Part shown: one piece after another, positions 1-12,399 of the stretch | How positions within the stretch are numbered: the first letter of the stretch is position 1 | How the letters are laid out: each line of letters opens with the position of its first letter | NCBI RefSeq assembly: GCF_006345805.1 | Contig: NC_043000.1 | Location: 85,994,001 to 86,058,000 of the forward strand | Direction: 5' to 3' | DNA: 64,000 nucleotides | DNA from: Octopus sinensis | Taxonomy: Eukaryota | Position numbers and translations under genes: made by a program | The notes under the pieces: model-generated | Told to the model about the DNA's origin: nothing | What the model saw: only the letters and a program-made list of their open reading frames with translations | Database searches by the model: none

Positions 1-23
1 ATTTAAATATATATATATGTATG

Positions 24-84
<61 letters not shown>

Positions 85-85
<1 letters not shown>

Positions 86-1042
86 GTTGAAATTTACAGA
101 AAAACAAAAGATGAAGACAGGTGTATAAACAACAAGAATGTGTATTAGTTTGATGCTCGGGATGGTGAGAAAGTTTTTTACATTTCAAGCCTATGCTCTT
201 AAACAGAAAGAAACACGAGGAAATAAACAGAAAGAGAATAAAAATAAACTTGTGAATTCAGTGGGCAATCAAGGTGATTGGTTAGAAACAGGTAGTTGGA
301 TAGGAGAGCTAAGAAGAAGGGACGATAATAAAGTACTGGCGATCCCAAAATGAAGGTGTGCATGCTTGTGTATGTGAGAGTGTGTAAGTGTGTGTGCCTG
401 GATAGGGGCTGGTGACTTTGACATGTGGATGTGTGTGCGTCAGTAATGTGTGGGTGTGTGGATGATGGTGTGGGTACTGGTAAGTGGTTAGTGCTAGTGT
501 GCAGAGTGGTATGGGGTGGTATGATGTGGTGTGGTGGTGTGGTGTGTGGTGTGGCAGTGTGGGTTTGGGGGTGAAGATTTGGAGGTGTGGGGGTATGGGT
601 GGATTATGTGGATGAAGGGAGAAGGTGGTAGGAGTGAAGAGAGGAAGTAGGTGTTAGGGCAAGAGAGGAGAGGAGAGGGGCAGGAGTGGAGAGAGAGGAA
701 GTAAGTGTCAGATGAAGAGAGGAGAGGAGGAGAGTCAGATGAAAAGGGGAAGAGAGTCGAGCTCATGTGGCACAAAGGAGTGAAGAGAGAAGATTAATTC
801 TTGTTCATGAAGGAGTCTGGATGGCCCCTGAGCAAAGACAATTTGAACACAGACAGGTGTTGTAATGAATGACCAGTAGAGCGGAAATGGCATGAAACTG
901 GGGTGTCATTGCCAAGTCTAATGTCTTGGAGGTGCCCTGCGAACAAGTCAACCAAGTGGCATCCCATCTGATGTACAGAGAAGGGCAGAAAGAGCAGGAG
1001 ATGCAGGAAATGACATTGCTAGAGGTGCAGGTAAAGGAGTCA
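85..1042 (-). mobile_element. Penelope-like retroelement 3' part (degraded GIY-YIG endonuclease plus 3' UTR/pLTR)
   Basis: Minus-strand ORF 805-1053 reads DSFTCTSSNVISCISCSFCPSLYI, the FTC..SNVIYCI.C..C..LYIG pattern of PLE GIY-YIG domains, with frameshifts after it. Bases 85-240 match 48789-48960, contain a decayed hammerhead-like motif and end at a (TA)n(CA)n tract. Confidence 0.75.
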
Positions 1043-1401
1043 CATAACAACATATGTGCTTTTCTTTGGACTATTTGCTCCTGTCTCCTTTACCTGTTCT
1101 CTGGACCTTTCCCTTTATCTGGCAAAGAGCCATGCTTGAAATATCATTTCTACTCTTATTTTTCCATCTAAAACTTTCACTGAACATTTATCTAATATAC
1201 TTACTATGTCCAACTGACTTTTGTTATTTTTTCCTGTAGTTTTTGTTCATGAATTTGCTTACACACACACATCTTAAAGAAGTCTAATGAAATATTTACA
1301 AGAAAATAACAGGCAATATAAGAACAATTTGAACAAGAAAATTCCATGTTGAATATTGTGTTAACTTTGATATAAAAATAAATAAAACTGAAAATATTTA
1401 C

Positions 1402-3325
1402 TGATATATTCATATTCTGTATCACTGTCTGTTTCATTATCACCAGAGGACTCTTCTTTTCTATTTGGAAACCCTTCATTTTTATCTATTTTCATTTCTC
1501 TTGATGCTTTCATTCTCTCGACATCCTCATAGTCATGTTCAGTAATATAACTGTATGTTTCCTCAGGGGCAGTATTTAGTGAATCTATAGCTGTGTATGC
1601 AGGTTTTTTATCTTGGACACTTCTTATACTAGCATATAGTGGTTCACTTCCAATTTTTGTCCAGTCACTAACATCATGTATTTTTTCATCTTTAATGTCT
1701 AGAACATCATCATATACTTTATTCGTATTATCAGGTGTTATTGTAGGCTGAGTGTTTAAGATATCGTCATATACTTCATTCATATTAGCAGGTGTTACTT
1801 TAGGCTGATTGTTTAAGATATCGTCATATACTTCATTCATATTAGCAGGTGTTACTTTAGGCTGAGTGTTTAAGATATCGTCATATACTTCACTCATATT
1901 AGCAGGTGTTACTTTAGGCTGAGTGTTTAAGATATCGTCATATACTTCATTCATATTAGCAGGTGTTACTTTAGGCTGAGTGTTTAAGACATCATCATAT
2001 ACTGGTGTTATATCTACATCTGTTGATTTAGTGTTAAAGAATGCCAGTTCAGTATCAGATTTTTGTGTTAAAATATCATGAGATATTTTAGTGTCAGACC
2101 CATTTCTTGTTCCAATGCTGGAATGGGCTACTCCAACATTTGTCTTTGTTATGAAGTTCTCAGACATTTTGCTATCACTATCAGAGATTCCAAGGGATAT
2201 TTTAGTGTCAACTCCTTTTCTTGTTTCAATGCCGGAATGGGCTACTCCAAAATCTGTCTTTGTTATTAAGCTTTCAGACATTTTGCTATCACTATCTGAG
2301 ATTCCAAGGGGTATTTTAGTGTCAACTCCTTTTCTTGTTTCAATGCTGGAATGGGCTACTCCAAAATCTGTCTTTGTTATCAAGCTTTCAGACATTTGGC
2401 TATCACTATCTGAGATTCCAAGGGGTATTTTAGTGTCAACTCCTTTTCTTGTTTCAATGCCAGAATGGGCTACTCCAAAATCTGTCTCTGTTATCAAGCT
2501 TTCAGACATTTGGCTATCACTATCTGAGATTCCAAGGGGTATTTTAGTGTCAACTCCTTTTCTTGTTTCAATGCTGGAATGGGCTACTCCAAAATCTGTC
2601 TTTGTTATCAAGCTTTCAGACATTTGGCTATCACTATCTGAAATTCCAAGGGGTATTTTAGTGTCAAGTCCTTTTCTTGTTCCAATGCTGGAATGGGCTA
2701 CCCCAAAATCTGTCTTTGTTATCAAGTTTTCAGACATTTGACTATCACTATCAGAGATTCCAAGGGGTATTTTAGTGTCAACTCCTTTTCTTGTTTCAAT
2801 GCTGGAATGGGCTACTCCAAAATCTGTCTTTGTTATTAAGCTTTCAGACATTTGGCTATCCCTATCAGAGATTCCAAGGGGTATTTTAGTGTCAGCTCCT
2901 TTTTTTGTTCCAATGCTGGAGTGGGCTACTCCAAAATCTGTCTCTGTTATCAAGCTTTCAGACATTTGGCTATCACTATCTGAGATTCCAAGGGATATTT
3001 TAGTGTCAACCCCTTTTTTTGTTCCAATGCTGGAATGGGCTACTCCAAAATCTGTCTTTGTTATCAAGCTTTCAGACATTTGGCTATCACTATCAGAGAT
3101 TCCAAGGGATATTTTAGTGTCAGCTCCTTTTTTTGTTCCAGTGCTGGCATGGGCTACTCCAAAATCTGTCTTTGTTATTAAATTTTCAGACATTATACTA
3201 TCTCTGTCAGAGATTCCAGGACTCTCTGGTTCACTTATAGTAAAATATTTTGCTTCTGTATTGGAAGAGAGGGTTTCAACTCTAGGCATCTTCTTTGCTC
3301 CATCAACAGTCATAAAAACTGGACC
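1402..3325 (-). CDS. Large internal coding exon (641 codons + 1 nt): Ser/Thr/Asp-rich repeat region and tyrosine-motif cassette of an unidentified signalling/scaffold-like protein
   Basis: 650-aa stop-free frame 1361-3313 extends upstream to an acceptor (tttttag|GGT CCA GTT TTT ATG, phase 0 at 3325). A donor (ATATCA|gtaaat, phase 1) follows 1402. Unique flanks and both repeat arrays stay in frame, and the repeat units contain no indels. Confidence 0.85.
1700..2002 (-). repeat. Coding minisatellite: 5 x 57 bp plus partial unit (19 aa, VYDDILNTQPKVTPANMNE)
   Basis: taggctg recurs at 1801 and 1858 (57-bp period). Six YDD[VI] motifs in the translation. Confidence 0.95.
2078..3217 (-). repeat. 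Coding minisatellite: 10 x 114 bp (38 aa, GISDSDSQMSESLITKTDFGVAHSSIETRKGVDTKIPL)
   Basis: cagacatt recurs at 2161, 2275 and 2389 (114-bp period). Ten units are readable in the translation. Confidence 0.95.
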
Positions 3326-4249
3326 CTAAAAATAATTAATAAAAGAAACAGTTGAGGGCCATTGAATATTAAATCCATTGGAGTGAAAAATGTGTCAAAA
3401 TATGTTAGATAATACACTTTTCATAAAATAAAATTTTAAGGAATATATTTTAGTGATATGTAAACAAAAATAATGGATTAATATCAAACTTGAGACTTTA
3501 GGTCGATCAAATTTGACAGTTTAGGTTGTGAAATTAATTTATTAGCTTATGTTTTAAAGGAGAATTAATCAGAAATGTATATATTTATCTCCACATGGTG
3601 GGTTCTGGTTTTACATACAGTTACTGAAATTCAAATGTTTAATTCACATGATTGAATCAAGATTTGAAAAGTTCAACTCAAAGTGACTGTTGAATAGATT
3701 TTAGTTAACAAATGTTCTGTATTTGATGACTGAAGAGGTTATCAAAACATCCAATTCTACAAGGGGTTCACCATTAATTTTGTTGATTGTGCTTAAGCTC
3801 TTAACAAATCAAATATTTAAAAGATAAAAAGTAGAATGATCCTTAACTGGTTCAGTCATGTTCTATAGCATTAAGGTTCTCTTTTTTCGTTCCTGAAATA
3901 AAAAGCTATCTACATGTTGTAACAAAATTCTTTCTTCCCTTTACTCCAGCCATGTGGTCTTGAGTTTAGTCCCAGTGTATGGCACCTTGGGCAAGTGGTT
4001 TCTAATATAGCTTTGGGTTGAGCAGAGCTGTGTGAATTGATTTAGTTATGTGGAAACTGAAAGAGGTGCATTGTATATATATGTATCTGTGTATGTAGGA
4101 TGTGTGTACGCGCACATGAGCGCATGTGTGTGTATATATATATATATAAACATAATAAATAACAATAGGGTAATAAGAAAATTATTATTACCAGTGGCCT
4201 AGCACAAAAAAAATTAGTCATTAGACTATATATTATTCACATAGAAATA

Positions 4250-4523
4250 CAATAAGAGGCTTCCAAATAGGAAAGCCTTGTGCTAGAAAGAGCAGTAGAA
4301 AACTCAAAACCAATAAATAAGGATAAATTTTCGAAAGGAATGAAAATTAAAAACGTTTACCATCTCAATTATTTCCTAGACCATGGTTTCTAACTATTTC
4401 CAGCAAAAAAATATTTGCTGAAGGCCAGTTTCATTAGTGGGACAGCCTTTCGATTTTGAGTGGTTTTGAGTTTTCTACTGCTCTTTCTAGCACAAGGCTT
4501 TCCTATTTGGAAACCTCTTATTG
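4250..4523. mobile_element. TA-flanked MITE with ~63-bp near-perfect terminal inverted repeats
   Basis: caataagaggcttccaaataggaaagcc...ctcaaaacca (4250-4312) is the reverse complement of 4460-4523 with one mismatch. TA on both sides. Confidence 0.8.
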
Positions 4524-4557
4524 TATCTCTCTCTCTCTCTATATATATATACATATA

Positions 4558-4850
4558 TCATCATCATCATCATCATCATCATTTAACGTCCGTTTTCCAT
4601 GCTAGCATGGGTTGGACAGTTCAACTGGGGTCTGGGAAGCCAGGAGGCTGCACCAGGCTCCAGTCTGATCTGGTGTTTCTACAGCTGGATGCCCTTCCTA
4701 ACGCCAACCACTCCACGAGTGTAGTGGGTGCTTTTTACATGTCACTGGCACAGTTGCCAGGGGAGGCTGGCAATGGCCATGATCAGTTGATGCTTTTTAC
4801 ATGCCACTGGCATGTGAGTGTAGTGGGTGCTTTTTATGTGCCACCGGCAC
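4558..4850 (-). mobile_element. RTE-LINE 3'-end-derived repeat with (GAT)n tail
   Basis: Reverse complement matches the 3' end of the RTE LINE at 62250-62440 (ggaagggcatccagct...ccatgc(t/c)agcatgg...ttaaac-gatgatgat). Related fragments at 25050-25330 and 35290-35345. Confidence 0.7.
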
Positions 4851-6444
4851 ACACACACATGTATGTATATATGTATATGTGTGTTTGTGTGTGTGTATTC
4901 TTGTTTTGACACCATGTGATGGTTGTAAATTAGCCTCGCCATCATACAAATGATGTTTGTTTCTTGCCTTCATGGTGAAATATTATATTGTTTGGAAACA
5001 GATGAGATTTGGCAACTGGAAGAGCTTTTAGGTGTAGAAGATCCATTTCAACAAATTGTGTCTGATCCATGCAAACATAGATAAGTTGATGTTAAGTGAT
5101 GATAATGATGTTGATGATAATGAATGTTTCATTCATTATATTGCAGCCATTCTAGGGCATTGCTGGAAGAATAGGTAAGTACTAGCATCAGGAAGTGCAT
5201 ACTGTAAAACAGTGCCTTGATGATATAATCACCTAACCCATGCCAGCATGTAAAAACGAATGAATGAAAGGAAAGATGAATGAGGAATGAAAACTGGAAA
5301 TATTTGATGAGTATTTACAAACTACTCAGTGTTAATATTCACCACAAGCAGGTTAGAACATGCAAATCTTTATCATCATTATCATTCCATGGTCAGGTGG
5401 AGATCTTTGAACTAGATTTTCTATGGTTGGATGTCTTTCTCTGTCACCAACCTTTATCTGTTTCAAAGTAAGGTCTATATTTCCCCATGGTCAGACATGT
5501 TTTCATGGAAGATTAAAAATGAACAACACTGCTTGTATGATGGTGACACTCATTTACAACTATCATGTTATACCTAGACAAAGAAGCACAAGTACACACA
5601 CTCACCCCCATGCATAAATACATCTGCATACACACACATGCAATAGGCTTCTTTTAGTTTCTGTTTACCTAATCCACTCACAAGGTTTTGGTCAACCTGG
5701 AACTGTAGTAGAAGGCAATTATTCAAAGTGCTGCACAATAGGACTGAACCCAAAACTATGTCACTGGAAGGTGAACTTCTGAACCACACAGCTAACTATA
5801 CCTGTGCCTGTAGAAACAAAGTCATGTCTTTTTATAAGAAAGAAGAGAAGCCAGCATCTTCCTGTTCTTTCTCATTTTGCTTCCTCTTGGACAAAATCCT
5901 CATAACTTTTTCTGAGACAATGTTGCTATTGATTTCTGTTCCATAATTTTTCTATTCAGGAAATTATTAATGCATTTACTAGTTTTATGCAACAAACAAA
6001 AAAGTCTTTTGTTTAAGGAGTTACAGAAAATGACTGTGTGGAAGTTAAATTCTGTGTTTTATAACTTTTGATATTTCGTTTACCTAAATAATTAATATTT
6101 AAAAGACTAGCAACAATAAAACTTTCATTATCCTTTCTTGTGTATTTTCTTGTAGCAAAGATAAAAAATAGAGAAAAATCATGAAATAAGCAGCTGCCAT
6201 AAATGACCTGTGTTTTGCAAGTAAAGCTGATGTTGCAACATTGTTTGAAGTTCAAGAGTTACAAGAAAAAATGGTGACAGTAGCAAGAATAACATGTTCT
6301 ATGTATTGTGATAGAAAGATATACTGAACTGTATAGTGCAGGGTGGAAGAAATCATTTGTAAATAAATTTGCATTTTGCCTAGAAGATTGTAGAAGTTTA
6401 ACCATTTTGTTATCATATTTCTGGTAAAATATATTGCCTTTGTT

Positions 6445-6662
6445 TTAACCCTTTCATTACCAACCTGGCTGAAACCAGCTCTGGCTCTGAGTACAAATGT
6501 CTTGTTTTGAATTAAAATCTTCCATCAAACCTTAGTCACAATTTATGTTCTTAACACTAGCTGAATGATAATTAAGTTATTTTACTAAATTCTTTGTTAT
6601 ATTTAAAGTAATTGAAAGAAACACAGAGCATTTCAAAATAAATACAGTAACAAAAGGGTTAA
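6445..6662. mobile_element. piggyBac-type MITE (TTAA-CCCT...AGGG-TTAA)
   Basis: TTAA target on both sides and imperfect TIR ccctttcattac / gtaacaaaaggg. A second element end (aaaagggttaa) follows at 6839. Confidence 0.7.
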
Positions 6663-7834
6663 TTAATTCCAAAAATAATGAACAATTTGTTGAAATTACT
6701 GTTGTTGTTAAGCTGGTGTTTGGAACACAAATTAACTTGAAATTTTGATGGAAACCTTTAATTTAATTAACTTTAAAAAAGGGAATTTGTATCATAAAAC
6801 TATGGGTGGTCTCTGGTGGGTTGATATCAAAAGGGTTAAAAAGAAAAATGATTCAAAGATCTGGTAAGGGGACATGTTAATAGCATATAATGTCACTGAA
6901 CAATTGCTTCCATAGTATTCAATAAAAACTTCTTAATGATGTTACATCAATAGTGAGTAAATAGAAAGACAAGGGTGTTGGAATATATGCATTATAGCAT
7001 TTAGTTACCACCCTCTACATTCAAAGTTCAAATCCTGAATGAAGCACCAGTCCATCACAGGGTTGTCCATTTACAGCTGAGTGTGAAATGAAATGTTTTG
7101 CTCAAGAACACAACACATGCTGTCTGGTAATTGAAACCACAATTTTGAAGTTATGAGTGCAACATCCTGATCACAAGGCTGTGTGTGTATGTGTGATTGT
7201 GAGAATGTTCATATTTTGCAATCACATATGTTACAGTCAGTGTTTTCTGTTGCCACTTTTCTGTCAACAAATCATCTGATCAATCTGTCCTTTGAAAGAA
7301 ATGTAGATAGACAATTTTTTCTTGCTTGGTTAATGACAGAAAGGGCATTTGGCCATAAAACTATACTTCAATAATATGTATTCATATAATGCATGCTAGC
7401 AAGGAAAAATGGACATTAAAATGATCAAACAATATGATATCAATGTTATATTATCAATATAATATCAGCTTTTAGTCATGGAATTATAGGAAAGTCTACT
7501 TCATCCAGTTGACTCAGCATAATATGATGAGCCAAAGTGCATAATATTTTGGCTTATCATGTGAAATTTGGACTAAGATTTTAGTAGCCATTTTCCCAAT
7601 ATTCCACATGTTATTCTCCACATCAGCAGAATCAGCTTCTGAGATCTTTTTCAGAGATGAAAGGAAATGGAACTTGCTTTTTTCTCTTCTAAAATGTAAA
7701 TGTCCATGGATTTTCAGTCACATATCTTGGGTTTGCTTTACCAAAAAATAGTTTTCAAGTTGTTATGATATTTCCTTTCAATAAACGTATCAGCTGTTTC
7801 TCCAGTAACAACAACAACAAGAATAAAAATAAGT

Positions 7835-7865
<31 letters not shown>

Positions 7866-8607
7866 GTGTAGTAGTAATAATAATGATAATATTAATGTAG
7901 TGAAATGGCAGATTTATGTGTGAATTAATATTTCCTAATGATTTAAATATGAAAACAGATGAAGAAATAAGAAGTATCAGTGTTGCAAGAATGTACAAAC
8001 AATATTAAAAATAACCTAGAAACAGTAAATGTGGGTACATTTGATCAGTTTCATGAATACTCAATTAATGCTTGATATATAAATTAAAACATATTACAAA
8101 ATACTAAAGCCAGGTTTCCTCTCAGCAAGTGTTCTAGATTTTTCTCAATTGAAACAGAGAAAGAAAAACAAACAAATAACAACATGAGTTTTCTGAGTAA
8201 GTACTACATAGTATTGAAAACTATAACATGCCTTAAATGAATTAAAGAGATCGTTTCATTTGGTTGCACTGTCAATGATTTAGTGTTTGATGTTGATATG
8301 ATGAAGGTAAAAGTGTGAAAGAAATGTTCAAGCAGTGACTTTGGTTTCACATTACAAATTATAACACCCACCACGAAACCTCACAAGAGTTAAAGTTCTC
8401 ATTTCACTGCACTGTTGGCACATTGACTTGTATGGGCACTTAAGCATGCATGGAAAAAGGATGCTAAATGATGATGATAATACACACACACATGCCTATG
8501 TGTATATGTATGTATGTACGTATATATGTGTATGGGTGCGATTGGCTATGAGTGCTCTGTCATGTGAGCCTTTCTCATACTTCCTCACCCTGTCATGAAT
8601 GTACTCA

Positions 8608-8639
<32 letters not shown>

Positions 8640-8640
8640 G

Positions 8641-8822
8641 AGGCGTAGGAGTGGCTGTGTGGTAAGTAGCTTGCTTACCAACCACATGGTTCTGGATTCA
8701 GTCCCACTGTGTGGCACCTTGGGCAAGTGTCTTCTACTATAGTCTCGGGCCGACCAAAGCCTTGTAAGTGGATTTGGTAGACAGAAACTGAAAGAAGCCT
8801 GTCGTATATATGTATATATATA

Positions 8823-8884
<62 letters not shown>

Positions 8885-9085
8885 ATGTATATGTTTGTGT
8901 GTCTGTGTTGGTCCTCCCAACATCGCTTGACAACTGATGCTGGTGTGTTTACGTCCCTGTAAGTTAGTGGTTCAGCAAAAGAGACCGATAGAATAAGTAC
9001 TAGGCTTACAAAGAATAAGTCCTGGGGTTGACTAAAGGCGGTGCTCCAGCATGGCCACAGTCAAATGACTGAAACAAGTAAAAGA

Positions 9086-9086
<1 letters not shown>
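8641..9086 (+). mobile_element. Full-length tRNA-derived SINE, family A (CORE-like centre, internal (TA)n)
   Basis: Head ggcgtaggagtggctgtgtggtaag...ggttctggattcagtccc and a ggcaccttgggcaagt CORE-like block. Near-identical copies at 14022-14428, 19839-20236, 46731-47108 and 60331-60690. Confidence 0.8.
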
Positions 9087-9136
<50 letters not shown>

Positions 9137-10298
9137 TACACACATATGTATGTATATGTACATATATGTATGTATATGCTAATACATACATACATACATA
9201 TATAAATAAATACATACATATTTAAATTTATGTACATATGTATAAACATAGACATTTCTGTGTGCATGTATCAAGCAACCTTTGCAAAATACACCAAATA
9301 TTCAAAAGACCATTGCATGAATGAATTATCTATTTGTGAGTTGATACAGTGTACATTTCCCACGGATGGGAGGGATAATATTTTGTTGGGTCACTTCTCT
9401 AGTTGGTTCCATTACACTAATACACAATTAGGCAAACAGAGTGAGCATGATATAGGCATGGTTATATGGTGAAGGGGTTTATTTTGCAACCACATCCTTC
9501 CGGGTCCAGTCCCATTGCAAGGCATTTGACCCATACATTGTGAAGGGAATTCTGTAGATGGAAACTGTACAGAAGCTTGGTGTGTGTGTGTGTGTGTGTA
9601 TGTGTGTGAGTGTGCACATGTGTGTATTTTCATAATTTATGATAATTTATATTGGGCAAAGCACATAATCAATTGTGTGGAAACCAAGACACTTGTTTTG
9701 GTTTCCACACAATTGATTTTCAGGTCTCTGGACCTAGAGTCTTTTATAATTCAAAGGAAAGATAAGGTTTTGTTTTTCTTTTAGAGAGGACTCCCTGGCT
9801 CTCTGAATCCCAGACTGATATCCAAAGCCTTGTGATTGGTTTTGTGGATTTGGTAGAGGGAAAATAGAAGGTACCCATCATATATATACATACATACATA
9901 CATACACATGTATAAACTAGCACTATGGTAATGAGAGTTGCAATTGATCCAATCAATGGAATAGCCTGCTTGTAAAATTAATGTGCAGGTGGCAGAGCAC
10001 TCCATGCACATGCATACCAAAAATGTAGCGCTTAGGGAGATTCAGCATGACAGAATGTGACAAGAATAGCCCTTTGAATTATAGGTACAACTCATTTTCA
10101 CCAGCTGAGTAGACTGGAACAACATGAAATAAAGTGTTTTGCTCAAGGACACAAAGAACTGTCAGGAATCAAACTTATACTGTGAGCCAGATACCACAGA
10201 GCCACGTGCCTTCACACATGTATATATATATTTCGTTTTGGGATTTGGTTTGCAAGATTCTTTATATGAGTTCGTGTGTTGAAGTATATTCTGTTGTA

Positions 10299-10435
10299 TC
10301 TGGGGAGAGTCATTTTCTTTTTGTGCCTTATAATGTAACACACTCACCGGTAAAATAAAAATAAGAAATAAATGGAAATTTTACCGGTGAGTGTGTTACA
10401 TGATAAGGCACAAAAAGAAAATGACTCTCCCCAGA
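10299..10435. repeat. Inverted repeat, ~58-bp arms with ~21-bp spacer
   Basis: tctggggagagtcattttctttttgtgcctta...caccggtaaaat versus attttaccggtg...gactctccccaga. The left arm belongs to a dispersed repeat also seen at 16381-16490. Confidence 0.8.
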
Positions 10436-10685
10436 CACAACAATATATATATTCACAATTTAGGTTACTTGAAATATGTTTGTCATATATTTCAGCTGCT
10501 AAAGGCAAATACACTCTCTTATAGTAAAAAGGTGTGAAAATATCCAATTCGTTCAGTGTCGCCATCTCTTGGAAATCTCAGACATTGATGTTTTGAGTTT
10601 ATTGACTCTTGTTGATGTACCTAACGAACTAAATAAAGCTTATAGCTTTATATATAATTCAGCCAAGACATTGACAGATTTATGC

Positions 10686-10865
10686 TAGTAGATCACCCAA
10701 TTGAGAAAAATATCGGAGTAATGATGCAAAGCAGTGTTTACGTATAATCACAATTTAGGTAAGTTGAATTGTGATAAACATATTTTAACTAACCTAAATT
10801 GTGATTATACATAAACACTGCTTTGTGCCATTACTCTCATATTTTCTCGATCAGGCGATCTGCTA
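10686..10865. mobile_element. MITE-like inverted repeat, ~80-bp imperfect arms
   Basis: tagtagatc...gcagtgtttacgtataatcacaatttaggt mirrored by acctaaattgtgattatacataaacactgc...gatctgcta. Confidence 0.65.
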
Positions 10866-11686
10866 ATCCTCTGTAAATATCTGAAGTGGAACATCCACTG
10901 ATCTTATTGCAATGAGCATCTGATGACATACTAAGTGTCAGGTGCCCACACTCAGCCTATCCTTTACCCAGGACTGCAGCTCCATCAAAGAGATGAGCTG
11001 TGGAAAGGCATGTCTCACAAATGGAGCCCACACACATTCACCTTCTAGAAATGCTACAGGTGGTGCAATAATAATAATAATAATAATAATAATATAATAA
11101 TAATAATAATAATAATAATCCATTGTACTATAGGCACAAGACCTGAAATTTTAGTGGAGGAGACTAGTCATTTACACTGACCCCAGTACTGAAAGGATGA
11201 AAGGCAAAGTCGGCCTCAGTGGTATTTGAACCGAAGTCAACTTTGCCTTTCATCTTTTGGAGTTGATACAGTTTCAAATTTTGGCAGAGGGCCAGCAGTT
11301 TTTGAGAGGTGGGGGATAGCTAATTACATCAACCCAAGTGCCCAACTAGTACTTATTTTACTGTCCCTAAAACGATTAAAGGCAAAGTCTACCTCAGTAG
11401 AATTTAAACTCGGAACATAAAGCTGAAAGAAATGCCACTAAGTATTTTCTTCAACATGCTAATGATTCTGCCAGCTCACTGCCTTATACAATGAATAATA
11501 AAGAGCTTATATATATAGGCACAGGCATGACTGTGTGGTTATGAAACTTGCATTGCAACCATATGGTTCTGACATTCAGTCTCACTGTGCAGCACTTTTG
11601 CAAGTGTCTTCTACTATATCCTTGGGTTGATTAATGCCTTGAGAGTGAATCTGGCTGACAGGCAGAAGCTATATATATATATATAA

Positions 11687-12110
11687 GGCAGTGAGCTGGC
11701 AGAAACATTAGCATGCCGGGTGAAATACTTAGCAGTATTTTGTCTGCCGCCACGTTCTGAGTTCAAATTCTGCCAAGGTCGACTTTGCCTTTCATCCTTT
11801 CAGGGTCGATTAAATAAGTACCAGTTATGCACTGGGGTTGATATAATCGACTTAATCCATTTGTCTGTCCTTGTTTGTCCTCTCTGTGTTTAGCCCCTTG
11901 TGGGTAGTAAAGAAATAGGTATTTCATTTGCTGCTATGTCCTGAGTTCAAATTTCACCGAGGTCAACTTTGCCTTTCATCCTTTTGGGGTCGATAAATTA
12001 AGTACCAGTTATGCACTGGGGTCGATGTAATCGACTTAATCCGTTTGTCTGTCCTTGTTTGTCCCCTCTATGTTTAGCCCCTTGTGGGCAATAGAGAAAT
12101 AAGAAGCTAT
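11687..12110 (+). mobile_element. tRNA-derived SINE family B, one full copy plus a tandem 5'-truncated copy
   Basis: A-box-like gagctggcagaaacattagc and B-box-like tgagttcaaattc. The body from ctgagttcaaatt onward is repeated at 11941-12090. Confidence 0.8.
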
Positions 12111-12399
12111 ATATATATATAATATATATCTGAGGGTGTGTATGTGTGTGTGCCTTTGTATCTGTTTGTCTTCCCACCACTGCTTGACAACTGGTGTTTG
12201 TTTATTTATGTTCCTATAATTGAGTGGTACTGCAATAGGGTCTGACAGAATAAGTACCAGGTATTGGTGTCAATTTCAACAAAAATCCTTTTGAGATGGA
12301 GCTCCAGCATGGATACAGTCAACAACTGAAACAACTAAAAGATAAAAAAATTGTAATATGCAGTGCTAAGATGCAATCTAACTTGTCAAAAAAGCGTTG

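Noticed and set aside
2091-3329. Plus-strand ORFs of 216 and 184 aa over the 114-bp array
   Set aside because: Antisense shadows of the repeat. One unit has a TGA (2739-2741) in this frame and it does not extend through the 57-bp array, whereas the minus frame is open throughout with splice sites.
8641-8720. tRNA-like A/B boxes in SINE heads (also 11687, 45926, 57311)
   Set aside because: No complete cloverleaf; these are SINE heads, not tRNA genes.
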